NCBI GenBank assembly: GCA_964187785.1
Contig: OZ076410.1
Location: 26,784,001 to 26,848,000 of the forward strand
DNA from: Amphiscolops sp. MND2022
Lineage: Eukaryota
Direction: 5' to 3'
DNA: 64,000 bases
Made by a program: the position numbers and the translations under genes. Of the stretch, positions 50,401 to 62,069 are shown piece after piece. The notes under the pieces are model-generated. The model had not been told where the DNA came from. It saw only the letters and a list, made by a program, of their open reading frames with translations, and did not search any database. How positions within the stretch are numbered: position 1 is the stretch's first letter; each line of letters starts with the position of its first letter.

Positions 50401-53400
50401 CAAATCCTGCCACACAGAGCGTGGCAACGCCTGGTTATCAACGTTCGCCCTGACCCATGTGCCCAAGGTGCTCAGCGTTGCTTTCGCAGGCAGCACTTCC
50501 TCAAAGTTTGCGTCCACTCATCCAATAGACGCAATCACGGATAGCTGGCAAATCTTGTGAAAATCAGGTCCAGCAACCATCTGAATTTCAGTTTTCTCCG
50601 ATACCAATCAATGACATGGAACCGCAGAATCAGCTCTGCGGTAGTGGCGGTCCTCAGATATTCGAGACATTCAAGCAAGTGTTCTGGACTTACCAGTGCT
50701 TTTACTCGTGGAGCGCTGACCAGCAACCACCAAAAAGGGGCTGGACTAAAAATGCCGCCAGGCTCAACCTGCATGCCATTGCGGCCGAGCAGCAGGTCAG
50801 ATGTCACACAACGTGCCATTTGCACTGGTTCTCGCTCGAAATTGAACAGGCCAAAAACGATGCTAGGAGGAACAGGAGGGGCCACAGTGGCCAACGTGAA
50901 CTCCTGACCTTTCCCATCACTGGTCCACTATTGGAACCGGGACATGTCGCTTTCGCGACCCCAGGTGCTGTCTTTCGTTAGAGAATCACATCAACAGGGT
51001 ACTTCTCTGCCCGTTCAGGTTATTTTGTCTGACCTGAAAAGGTCTTTTTGGATCGTATTTAATACGATGAACGCATCCAGTTTCTTGTCCCACCTGGGGA
51101 CTCCGTGGGATCTAATGAGTACCTCCCGGTTATCATTCAGAGCCGACATACAGACTCAGTCGGGCAACCCACACGTTCCAGACTTGTACCGAGGCTGCCG
51201 CTTTTTTCGTAACTGGTATCGATCTTGTGATCCAGTCGGGGCCTCTGGCTTTCGCAGCCAGAGCTAGTTTTTTCCATAGTGTATTTTTCTGTCGAGCAGC
51301 TCGTGACTTCTTGCGCGGCGCATTCCCCCGGAAATTAAAAGGAGCTGTCGGAATCATTGCATTAGATGGGGTAGTTTTGATTTATCTGGCCAGATGGGGT
51401 AGTTGCTGAGAAAATCCGTCAGCGAAGAATTAGTTAGCAACGGGGTAGAAGTTCCAACCAGGGATTGTGACTGATTATAATCGGAAACAGATAGTTGTGG
51501 TGACGGAGTGCGCACAGGTTCATAGTCAGGAAACAACTGAAGAAGATATTCGATGAAGAATGTATCTGAGACAGGGACCGGAGCCTCAGGCTCAGGTTTC
51601 TGTTCAACAAGTACATCAGATTCATCTAATGGCGCTTGATGGGTAGGAATCGGCAACATGGCATCAGACAACTCATTACCTGTGCCGAAAGTGGAATGTG
51701 GTGAATTTCCTGTTGGCGGGCCAATACATGATCCACGTAAGCTTTATGGGTTTCAGAAGTTTTTGCGGCGAAGTTGGGATAGAGGTTTGTGAGTGGGATA
51801 GCTTTCTCCGTCCCAAGGGCGAGCATAGAGGGAGAGAACTCTGTGGTAGCATGCCGAGTAGAATTGTTATCACCCGTACCTCATCCAGTTGCTGGTACCC
51901 ATCCCGCATACGTCGCGAACAGAATACCTTAACAACGTCAGAAGCGTGGAATTCTGACTCTCAACCAACCCCTGGTTCCAAAGATGATCAGCTTTTGAAG
52001 TGACCTTGGTGACCTGAGAAGGCTTCATGATTTCGTTAAAGACTTCAGTGGTCAGGTTAGGAACGCAAGAGCAATCGAGAGATTGTGATCGCATCATATT
52101 GGTCATGGCTGAAAGACACAGCCTCTGCCAATTTCGTAAACTGACTAATGATCACCAGAATTCCTGTGTTGTTGTTGTCAGAGGGGCAAATTTTAAAAAG
52201 ATCGTACTGTACCAACTCCTAGAAAGACCCACTCTTGATGTTTTTCAAATGGAACCGAATGTCCCCAGGTTTATCCCGCACTTTTTGACACGAGAGGCAT
52301 TGACTCACATACTGCCATACACTGCGGCGAATACCAGAGCACGTTTGCCGTACTGGGATACGTGCCACTACCTTAGTGATTCCTTGGTGTCGCACGGAAC
52401 AAGATTTCTTTCTGGTACACTTGTGGCATCACAATCAAACAATGACGTTCTTGGAGCAAACAATGAGAAGGGGTATCTCGCACAAGTAACTCGATTTTTG
52501 TGGATGAACAGAAGACCTTTTTTCTTTTTTTTTCTTTTTGAATACACGCAGGTCCTCAGGAAAGATATTCTGATCGATGTTCTCCTGCTGGACTATCTTT
52601 TCCAATACCTGGATGTGAACATCACGATTCTGAGCTAGCACCAAGTCCTTTCTGCCATGCACACATACACAGTGTTGGCATGTTCGTGAAGCTCAGTGTT
52701 CAGATAGCGGACGGCCAAGATAGCTTGTTTCACACCCGTTTGGCACTACCGGGCCGCTGGCCTCATCCAACGTGTAGGTAGTTCGCCAAGCCACATTGGT
52801 AGCAATTGTGGGCAACAGTCAACCATGGCTTGCTTCCTCAGTCACTTCTATCCAATCGTCGGGAGTGTCAGGATAAAAATCCTGTTGAGCCTGCAAAACA
52901 GGTGGGGTGGTTCAAGCAGAGGTGCATAAAACTTCTCATTCTGCCGATCTGGTTGTTTTGTTCGCTGGGTTCGCCACCTGTTGCAGATGCGTGGAAAGGT
53001 CTGGGTGATTGGGTATAAACACGACCCCGCACATCAAATCAGGCTGCTACTGGTAATTGATCATATTCGTCCTGTGATAGATAGTCCCATCGTTCGGCCA
53101 TGAGTGGCAGCTTCTCGAGCTGTTTTTCCAGCCAACGAAAGTCATTGGTTCGTTTGGACAACCCATCGGCAATGCGATGTTGTGTCCTTGAACAATGTTT
53201 TACACTAAAATGGTACTTTTCAAGTGCCATCATCCATCAACCAATCAAAGCTTGATCCGTGGAGCCTGGTAGTCCACCCTCAGGTAATTTTTGAGGACAC
53301 AAACAACTGTTATTCTTGACGATCAAGTGGAAGGTGCATACATCTAAAGCTTAGGCGCATCAGACTCAGCTTGAAAAGCACTTAGTTTTCTGCTACCTAA

Positions 53401-56400
53401 GACAATTGGTTTAAGGCGTCGGTCTCCGGGAGGAGATATCTCCTGGTGCAAGATTCCGGAGATTGCAACAGCGCTGGCGTTAGTATCCAGTACAGACTCG
53501 CCTTCGGAGTGGGTCTGCGCTAGAGCAGTTGCCTCAATCAGTGCTTTTTAAATTGATTGAAGGCATGTTGTTGTTCGGAACTACCAGCTTACCATGCCAT
53601 AGAATGAACTCGTCGTGATGAACAGGGAATGTCCGAGTCGCGCAATTTTCCATTTGCTTTGGGATTAGGCTTTATGCGCTCCGCAGAAACTACACCACCC
53701 AAATACTTGTATTCAGACTTCATGAAGTCACACTTGGCTACGCGCATTTTGAAGCCAGTTTCACGCAAGCATTCACACACTTCGCGCAATCCGATCATGT
53801 GATCCTCTACGCTTTCCGTAGCGGTCACAATATCATCAATGTAGGCCAAGAACTTGCTTCTTTCACGATTCACATTTTCAGCCTTAAACATTCAGCCTGA
53901 CAGCCTCCGTAGCTGTTTGGAAAGTTTGCGTACTATGGTTACTGAAGAACTCATTCTGTATTTCCACATCATTGATCTTCGTCGTGGGAAACTTCAGTTT
54001 TGATTGTGGTTGGAGTTGAATCACCTTATTCACCAATTTCCCTCGTGTCCAGCTCTTGGATGACTGGACCAATTCCCGTAACGAGCCCGTAACGGTCCAG
54101 AATGCAATTGGTCCTCTCGACGCATGGTCGACAGCAAACGTGGATAATCAGTCCCTCTCAAGGTCCGTATGGCAGGATATGATTGCTATTCGTGGACAGA
54201 ACCATCTCGATCTAGCTGACGAGAAAAGACACAGATTTCAAATGTCTTGGTGCCTTACGACCCAACTTGGTCGATTATTTTGTAAACGACCAAACTGACT
54301 TCTTACAGGTGCAGTTTTAATTTTAAAACTCTGCAAATTTTAGCGTTAGTCTGCTGCATTGCGCTTCTTTCTTCGCAGGTGTGGTAGCTACAATGTATTC
54401 CAACTTCGCCCAGATTATCATCGTTTATGGATAAACAGGTAATTCACTTACTGATACCATGCCCCTCTTAGCTTACCTCAAAAGTTCCCGATGATTTCTC
54501 CATATGCTTGGAGCTTTTGAAGGAATCATTATTGTCCAACGAAACCCCTGATATTAACTTCCCCAAAGTGGACCCTGAGCGCCCACTTCGCAGCTTGGAC
54601 ATTTTCTATCATAGTTTCATGGACATCTTTGCAGCAACTGGTATCACAATTATTCTGCAAGATCGTGTCTAATTCTCCATTGCCAGTATTGTCCCATTTC
54701 TGGCATCACCTAACTTAATTGTTCTATCGTTTTGTTTATTTCTATTTGAGTTCCTGATACTTAACGAGTCATACGTTCTGCTGGTAGCACGTGTTGCTAC
54801 CGGATGCTGCTGCCTACACATTCCAAACTACACTTCCCTACATTTCATTGTCGTCAACGCCCACTTCAAACTCTTGCATCTTTTGTTGAGCATTGATATC
54901 TTCTTATCAAAAAGGGTGCTCAATGACTAAAACCCAGTGAGTCCACTAAAGCCCGGGGTATCAACTAAGGCCCTGGGATTAACAGTGGAGGAGTGACGCT
55001 CATTCAAGCAGTTATTAACAAAACTTTAGTTGTAGTCATGTGACCGTCGTCAAAACCGTCAAAACAATGATTCTCTGCCATTAGGAGAAGCCTGATTCAG
55101 AATACTTCTGTAAATGCGACAAGCAACACAGAAACACTAAACACTCTACAAGTATCGAGTCGCTGAAAGGTGCTATTTTTGTATTTGCTGCGAAACTTTT
55201 TCAAGCTTTCCAGTATAATTTTTCTGATTTCAACGTGACACTCGAAGAATGCGGAGCTTGGGTGCTCGAGATATCTGAATTTTAGGATTTCGTCTATCTT
55301 TGCCTACTTTAGTCCAGTGCTTACTCTGACGAGCAGTTCGTAGATTGCTTTTGAAGCGCTCCTTAGCAGATGCTACTGAACTCTATACAGATATGGAGCT
55401 GCACATCAGTGCGTGTTGCCCAAACCAAGCCGAACTATGACGTTTTGAAAACAAATCGGAAAAAGCATGTTGTCTTCCTTCTGTTTTAAGCAGGGGTTTT
55501 ACCGCTGAAAAGAAGAGTTATTGAGAACAACTTTTTTCTTTGCTGCAAATTGAAACTTTATTGCAGTGGAAAATTTTTTTAATGAGAACTCCGTGCCCCG
55601 TGGAGCTGTAGAGCTCCGGAAAAGAATTTTCAAAGGTCCAAAAGCAAAATGCGAACAAATTGAGATTCAAACTTAGTGCAGAAAGCTCGTGCTGACAAAT
55701 TGGTGCTCTTGGATTGATGTATGGAACTGTTGATTAGATCAATTTCAAGATGCATTTTCGAGTAATTGTTTTCTAGCTCGAGAGCTAGCCCTGTTTTCAT
55801 CAGTTTGTGGACGATACATGCTGTGTGGATGGCAAGAAGCAAGACCTCGAGGTTGCCCAACCAGCGAAAGAAGACATTGCTACTGTACCCTTGTAACATC
55901 AGTTTGAACTCCCAGTGGATTGCAAGGATGATGTGGAGATGTTTCCAGTGTCAGCTCCGCATGACAGGGACGTCATGCCTGATGCCCGGTAATAGATGTA
56001 GCGGCAACCTGTGGTATAGCAAACTCAGCCGATACTGCAACTTTGACATCTTAAGAATTTTTGTCAAAAATTTTAATTCGATGTGTGACGTGGCACTGAG
56101 CATGTGGTTGCTATTTTCGCTGTTTTCGCCATTTGCAATGCAAAACAAGGATGAGAGCAGACCGAGCGAGACACAGGGAACGACATGGCCTCAGAGCCCA
56201 CATAGACTGTGAAAACTCGTTGAAAGACTCTTTTTGAGGTGCTAACTGCGGTTTTCATCGATTTTCAGCATTATGCTACCCTATGTATCGGAAACCAAAA
56301 AATGAGCCTTTTCGCCTACAGATCTTTGTTTAGTACTTGGCGCCCCGCTTTCCAGCTTTTAGCTGTGTGATTTGCCTGATTCATGTGAGCTTTGATGTCT

Positions 56401-59400
56401 TTTCACTGGTTTCAGCTAGATCGAGCGCTAGTTTAGACAGTTTTAGATACTATTCCCATGTCACCCTGGAACAGGAAATTTACCTTCTTCTTGGCATTGT
56501 TTTGATGTGCTAGTTAAGCGGTGGTCTTTAGAGAGTCAAGAAGATGCCCGATACTATTATCAATCAAAGATTAGGACCGGTTGGACAGTATTCGTCGAAG
56601 CAACCACGGTCTCGGGACGTTTTTCACACTTGGATGCAAACTGGATCTGTGGCGATGGGTGCCTGTCACGAGCGATCTACCAATTTCCTCAGGTTCCTCC
56701 ACCTCTGTTAACGCGTTAAGCAACCGAAAACAGCTTGCCGTTACAGTGCATTTTTTCTGATTCGAAGCAAATTCTCGATCAAAACAATTCATTGGGTTCG
56801 GGAGATTATAGGGAGTTCCCGAATGAAAAAAAAATCTAAAACTTTCAATTCTAAGCTACTCAAATTCGAAAAAACTCAACTTCCAATTAAAATTTTCTAA
56901 AAGTTGCATTTTCTTACTTTTTTACTATGGGTCGTAGAAAATTCAAACAAACATTTTGTAAACTAAATGAAATTCTAAGATAAAATTCGAAAGTATTTGG
57001 TTTTGAATTTTGCCATTTTAAGCAATGAGGTTGCGATGTTTTAGAACGCTACTATAGGGGCGGGACATTTTAAGTGGAAAGTTTCGCAATTCAGGATGTA
57101 ATAACTTGGCTTACAGCTTGAACGACCGCGTCATAATAAGTATACTGAGCCATATGCAGTTAGCGATAGTTTGTAGACAATTCTATCCACTTTGATTAGC
57201 ACTTCTGTTCCAACCCCCGGTACAATAACGTCAAGGTCCGAAGCAAGATTGAGATGTTAGGTTGACTTTGACGTCTATCAATGGTTTTTACACCACAATT
57301 GCCTAACTTAAGCCTTGTCAATCAATTGTGTCGGACCTGAATGTTTAAAAACTTTCCTCACTATGTCATTCCTCGTGGCATCGAGTAAGTATTCAAAAGT
57401 AGTTGCGTTTTTGAAGGTTCCAGTATATTATTGATTTGCTGATAGTTCATTATTTGAGACATCGACCAGCTAAAAAAGACTATTGATCAAGTATATCAAC
57501 TTTAAAACTCAAATAGTACAAAAATAGTTTATGGGCACTATTGTTCAAGAGCTACTTTTCTCACCGGTATTTATTTTGAAAATATCAATTATAATTTTTT
57601 CAGAGTTCCTCAATTACTATTATCACTGGTTGAAACTGTTTGAACTTTTCACAAGTTTTTAGTCGGCGCTTTCGTAGAAAGAGCAGACTATAGTACTACT
57701 GTTGCTCACTGACTTGTACCTTCTACCCATCGGTTTAGGAGGAACCCAGGTTCAAGTCCCGGCTTCAGTCAGAAACTTTTTCGTACATTTGCAAAACCGG
57801 AAGATGCTGAAGGGTCCCACCTTTTGACTTTTTTTCGGCTTCAATAGACCTTTATTTCCAAAATTATTTCATGTCTCCAAAGGGCCACCCTTTCAATTTT
57901 TTTGATATTTTGCATCAAATTGGACCTTCCAAAAGTCTAAAAGGTACCTTTTTGTACAATTTTCGGCATGATGAGATTTTTCAAAATGATAATTTTTTGT
58001 CCTAAAATTAGGTTTTCTCAGCACACTATTTCCGAATTTCGTTTTTTTTTCAAGACCGGCGTTTTTTCCACGTGACTTTTTTCTAAGTGGTTTTAATCAA
58101 AGCTCCCACAAAATTTCCTAGAAGGAAACGTTTTGCGAGCATACATGGCTCCTTATGGTTTTCGGCAATATGAGCCTTACTGGAGAACTATATAAAAACG
58201 TGTCCAAATTTTGAAAAAAAAATCCTCAATTTTTCGCTTTTTGGAAGTCTGTAGTTGAGGGAAAAGTGGTTTTCGATAATGATGCGTATTCTTTGATGCT
58301 TTTTGGCGCTAAAAAGTTGACGAAATTTCAACAAAAGTGTAATTTTGGGTACTTAAAATACTTTACATTTTTGAACCTTGAGCTGGGCGCCGACTTGAGC
58401 CGGTCCCGACTTGTTGTATGGTACCCAGCTAGTTTTCTACAATTTAATAAACTTTTAAAGGCTTCCTCTGGAACCAATTGATTTTTGTGAAATTTTTTGT
58501 GCTTGCTAGTGGTGATTTGTGACTTTGTCGAAGAAATTTTTTTTCCAGAGCGTAGTTTCGGGATCTTTAGACTAAATAGTTTGTGAATTCCTAAAAAATT
58601 CCTTTTATTTAGTCAGCGGTTTTTTTCAAAAAATATATATTGTTGTGGTTTTTATAAGTGACCGACGAACTAACGCATTGTTTTAACTTCTGCAAACGTT
58701 CTAAAAGTTTTTATTTTGTTTCCGACATTGAAGAGTTACTGAGTTTTGATAACCAGCTTCCATCATTGTACGAATGTATTTCCTAATTTGTCTCAATGAT
58801 ATGCTTTTCCAAATTTCTTAAGTACAATTATCCTGGTTGAATTTGCTTGAATTTTCCACAAGTTTCTGTAGGGTACCAAGCTAATTTTTCATGAATCTAT
58901 AAAATTCTCAAAGAAACGTCTATGCATTAAAATTTCCCTGATTGAATTTTATTTTATTAAGCTGTCTGTAAAAGGGATCCTAGTTTGCCGGCAATTCCGA
59001 GCTGCGAAGTTTTGCAGGTTTCATTAGGAGGCAGTTGCAAGTTTGAAAGGAGCTACGACTGCATCAATTTTACAGCAATTTCAATTCAATTAAACTTCGG
59101 TCACTTTATAGGTTTGACACTAACGTCATATTCAGCGTGATATTCCACTAACGGTGATTGCATAAGGTACTTACCTGAGAAACTTAAGCGTGAAAACAAA
59201 GTGATCATGACGTAAAGAAGTGAACACGTTTTCAGTTTTAATTGAAATAGTGGAAGCTGCATTTTAATCCTGCAAAATTGTACCATGCATGCTCCCTGAA
59301 TTTCCCATGTTTTGTACAAAATTAGCTTACGTGTTTCCAAGCAGCATGTAAAAAGTTCAAGCAATCTCGACTTGGGATACCTTTCACAATCAAAAGTCGC

Positions 59401-60535
59401 TTGTTATAATGTGAGAACGTTTTGATAATATGCCGTTTTGAATCCCTTCAAGTTTAGAGTTTAACTATATCCATATCGAATCTAACGTTTTTTGCGAAAT
59501 GAATTTTCCCCGGTTACCATCGCAAAAGCTGCAGATGCCACCGAGTGGACTCAGGTGGATGTTTGATGACCACTAGTATCTCGATGTTCTTATCATAACA
59601 GTGTAATTCTTCTGCTTTTCAAGAGTTTTTAATACCTAGGTTGCGTGTTATTGCTTGCTTAAGAAAAAACATCCTTGATCATGGATGTTTGTACCAAGTC
59701 GAAAGTCATGGATAAATATGTCTGACACCATTGCATGATTCACCTATTATAATGTTTAATCTACCCATGGTCAGTCCAAGAAAAGCGATGGTGAAACCAT
59801 GAATGGATCCATAACCTGAGAACTTGAGTAGAGGCGAATTTAATTCCGATTCAAGATTCAACAAGACATCATGCGTGTTCTCAATGTCGTTCTCTTAGGC
59901 TACCTATGTGTTCAGTTTTGCTTCAGTTGAACACATTCCATAGGTGAAATGGTTTTTTCACTTCAAGCGAAAATTTTGAACTGAGTGTTGACCAGGCTGA
60001 ATTTGGAGATGTAATGTACATTGCATCAGTTTGGATGAAAAACGGGAGCCAATCCGTTGCGTCACAGTTGTACGAGTTCGCAATAAATCTTCCGCCGTAT
60101 GGGGGTTCATGTGAAGTTTCTCCTGTAACAGGTCTGTATTTTGAAGCCAATAAAATTTCTTGAAAGCCCTTTCTTTTTTTCTTATTGTTGCTGAAATGCT
60201 AATAGAATCATGAAACGACCTTGGTGTTGATGTCAGCAAAGTATTGATGATGACTTTGAAAGTTCAACGTTTTTGAAAATTTGAATTTTCATGTTCCGAT
60301 ACAAACATGTTTCCATTACAGGTGTCGTGTACCGGACAAAGTTCACAATCCAATGTTCTGGGTGGCGTGACGAAGACGACCGTGTTTCAAGGTCGGATTC
60401 TGATTCCCATCCGGAAGATGCTACCTACTGGTACCGCGCCTTTTTTCCTCAAAAATCAGTCTCTGGGCTACCAGAGAGATGCTACGATTTCTCGGAATTA
60501 GGAAGCAGCAAGTTTGAGAGCTTGAGTGGATTCGC
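41282..60535 (+). CDS. host gene: signal peptide + REJ domain (polycystin-1/PKDREJ family), multi-exon, exon 1 interrupted; probably continues 3'
   Basis: Six exons with GT-AG junctions give REJ hallmarks: LVLDASGSFDPLD, LRYTWTC, CFKNCEKKVN, LSFTWFL, NLPPYGGSCEVSPVTG, TKFTIQCSGWRDED. Phases match at every junction except exon 4-5, which has two possible solutions. Confidence 0.85.
41410..42203. mobile_element. 794-bp non-autonomous CACTA/EnSpm-like DNA transposon (MITE)
   Basis: Imperfect ~38-bp TIRs (cccatattgagtactccctgtgaatctgtactgatctg vs reverse complement cccatgttgagctttccttgacaatctgtacagatctg), CCC...GGG ends, 2-bp TG duplication, subterminal palindromic atctgtacagat repeats. Confidence 0.85.
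42204..42779 (+). CDS. REJ gene exon 1, 3' part
   Basis: WPITNDLEIDAEVHFDCPG...LVLDASGSFDPLD...LRYTWTC...WYIFQ|GTAATG. Confidence 0.88.
44785..44873 (+). CDS. REJ gene exon 2
   Basis: ttaag|VSVRESDTRDSSTMRRVIFSTVKPPSVNI-R|gtgaat; phase 0 to phase 2 fits both neighbours. Confidence 0.8.
45583..45640 (+). repeat. 12-bp minisatellite (tatgtaagaata)
   Basis: About 4-5 tandem copies. Confidence 0.8.
46038..46222 (+). CDS. REJ gene exon 3
   Basis: ttaacag|CFKNCEKKVNSAAELVLGATFDENELSSTADLSFTWFLSYLDNTNDKWKDISNLVEITGSK; donor gttact is weak. Confidence 0.8.
46327..46422 (+). CDS. REJ gene exon 4 (putative)
   Basis: ttttag|(V)TEVQLVVLPHGSESVVRSNLSWRLNFSAFPG|gtaggt; phase 1 to phase 1 (alternative donor at 46427). 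Confidence 0.45.
47188..47218 (+). repeat. (CT)n microsatellite
   Basis: ctctctctctctctccctctctctctct. Confidence 0.9.
48220..49640 (-). pseudogene. G3 accessory ORF cluster 1 (sense, fragmented)
   Basis: Consecutive minus-strand ORFs 49301-49622, 48862-49194, 48571-48837 and 48220-48546; no known motif. Confidence 0.45.
50100..50900 (-). pseudogene. G3 accessory ORF 2 (sense, fragmented)
   Basis: MATVAPPVPPSIVFGLFNFERE...FWWLLVSAPR...LILRFHVIDW, continuing through fragments 50204-50413 and 50101-50334. Confidence 0.45.
51130..52680 (-). pseudogene. gypsy integrase and Pol C-terminus (G3)
   Basis: HQGITKVV..YVSQCLSCQKVRDKPG, ELVQYDLFKICP, FTKLAEAV, QGLVESQNSTLLTLL. Confidence 0.85.
53000..53990 (-). 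pseudogene. gypsy RT C-terminal part and RNase H (G3)
   Basis: FLAYIDDIV (YxDD), KCDFMKSEYKYLG, VLDTNASAVAISGILHQE, HRIADGLSKR. Confidence 0.88.
57657..58415 (+). mobile_element. non-autonomous interspersed repeat, DINE-1/HINE (Helentron)-like architecture
   Basis: 5' agtcggcgc (57661-57669) inverted to 3' gcgccgact (58387-58395), followed by a short GC-rich segment and cttgtt; homologous copy at 60562-61232. Confidence 0.6.
59968..60131 (+). CDS. REJ gene exon 5 (5' boundary 59968 or 59944)
   Basis: ENFELSVDQAEFGDVMYIASVWMKNGSQSVASQLYEFAINLPPYGGSCEVSPVT-G|gtctgt. Confidence 0.85.
60322..60535 (+). CDS. REJ gene exon 6
   Basis: ttacag|(G)VVYRTKFTIQCSGWRDEDD...YWYRAFFP...SGFA|gtaagt; phase 1 matches exon 5. 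Confidence 0.88.
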
Positions 60536-60561
60536 GTAAGTTTTTGTTACCAAAATTTCCG

Positions 60562-61232
60562 TTTTTAGTCGGCGCTTCCGTAGAAAGAGCACACTATAGT
60601 GATGACTTTATTTTAGACCCACGAAGTAAAAGCTTCTATATGTTTTATAAACTGTTGCTTAGTAACTTCTACTTTTTACTGCCACTTGGCACAGAGGTTA
60701 AACAAGATTTTTGAGGTCTTAGAAGCAGAAGGGCGTGGGTTCAGTCTCGCACTTGAACAAATTTTTGTACTCGGTATTTCGACTTTGCGAGAAATCAGAA
60801 TATTTACTTTCCGTCTCAAAATTAGTTTTTCACAGCACGCTACATTCGGATTTTTTAAGACCAGCGTTTTCATCATACAACTCTTTTCTAATTTGTTCTT
60901 AAAGAAACCCCCTCGCTTTTTACTAAAAAACGAAACGTTTTGCGAGCATAGTGTTTCCGGCACTAAGAGACAAGCGACTTACCTTAGACATTCATCAAAA
61001 ACTTTTTTCGGAAAAAAATTCCGAAAATTGTTCCCATTTTTTCGACTTTTGAGAGGTTTTCTGTGGGGGAAAATGGGGCAAAACTGGTTTTCGAGTCTTA
61101 TGTGTATCTTTTGGGGTAGTTTTGACACTGTAAAAAAAGAAACTTTAACAAAACTGTCCTTTTGAACATTTAAAGTACTTCACTTTTTCGAACCTTGAGC
61201 GGTGCGCCGACTTGGCCTGTTCACTACTTGTT
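60562..61232 (+). mobile_element. second DINE-1/HINE-like repeat copy
   Basis: agtcggcgc (60567-60575) ... gcgccgact (61204-61212) ... cttgtt; shares internal blocks such as aaacgttttgcgagcata with the 57657 copy. Confidence 0.6.
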
Positions 61233-62069
61233 TTGTGTCATTTAAAAGTTTGAATGTAGCCACTCGAAACCAATACACCATTTAATAGCACCAATCCTAG
61301 AATTCCAAAAAAAACGAGAACTTCAGAGTATGTTTTTTGCATACTCCATCTTCTACACTAGTCGAGACTGCTGGAACTTTTACATGCAGCAGGTCTGCAT
61401 TCAGGGTACTTTTTCAGGAAACCTAGAAGTTTCAGTAAGATTTGGGCGACAAACGTTTAGGAATTACACTGAATTTTCCACTACTGAAAGTAAAGTTGAA
61501 AATTTTTCCAAATTCGGTAAAGACACCATGACTGTCACAGTCCGCGCCCGGACTGGCTTGTGGGTGCAAAAAACAGGAATCGGGATAGGCCACGGATGCA
61601 GCGCAAAGTTCCTGAGGTGGGTTTTCAACTTTTAAATGAACTTCCTGAACAAATAAATAAACTGTGACTGAAAAGGAAACACTTTACCGGAATTTAATGG
61701 CCTAAATGAAAATGATTACAGAAATGTAGGGAATGAAATATTTTCACACATTTCCGCTGAGACGCTCCAGTCACGTTAAAATAAAAGTATTCTCAACGTG
61801 AAAACTAGATTAAAAGACGTCTTGTGGTCGGGATCATAGAATAATCTGAAGGAAACCAGAGTTGAAAGATTATCTCTCAATAGAAAACAAATGCAGATCT
61901 GGAACAGAAATTATTATGAAATACATAGAAGAAAGATACGCCTTTCTGAGGAAAAGCAGCTTAATTGCACTTTGAACGGCACTTAGTGCGAATTAAAACA
62001 ACGATTCGTAGTCAACTAAACAATCTAGACTACGCCGGCTAGTATTGGTATACTTGTGTCGTCACGTAT

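Larger units (their letters stand above)
47950..54300 (-). mobile_element. Ty3/gypsy LTR retrotransposon G3 (different lineage), degenerate, gag and 5' LTR not recognisable; inside REJ intron 4
   Basis: RT, RNase H and integrase remnants in gypsy order on the minus strand, followed by ~3 kb of accessory ORFs; boundaries approximate. Confidence 0.85.

Noticed and set aside
54300-56300. gag-like remnants upstream of G3
   Set aside because: Only a vague resemblance (FCTKFESQF); no Zn knuckle, PBS or LTR found.
57700-57775. functional tRNA gene
   Set aside because: Only a B-box/T-arm-like piece is convincing; no full cloverleaf could be folded; embedded in an interspersed repeat.
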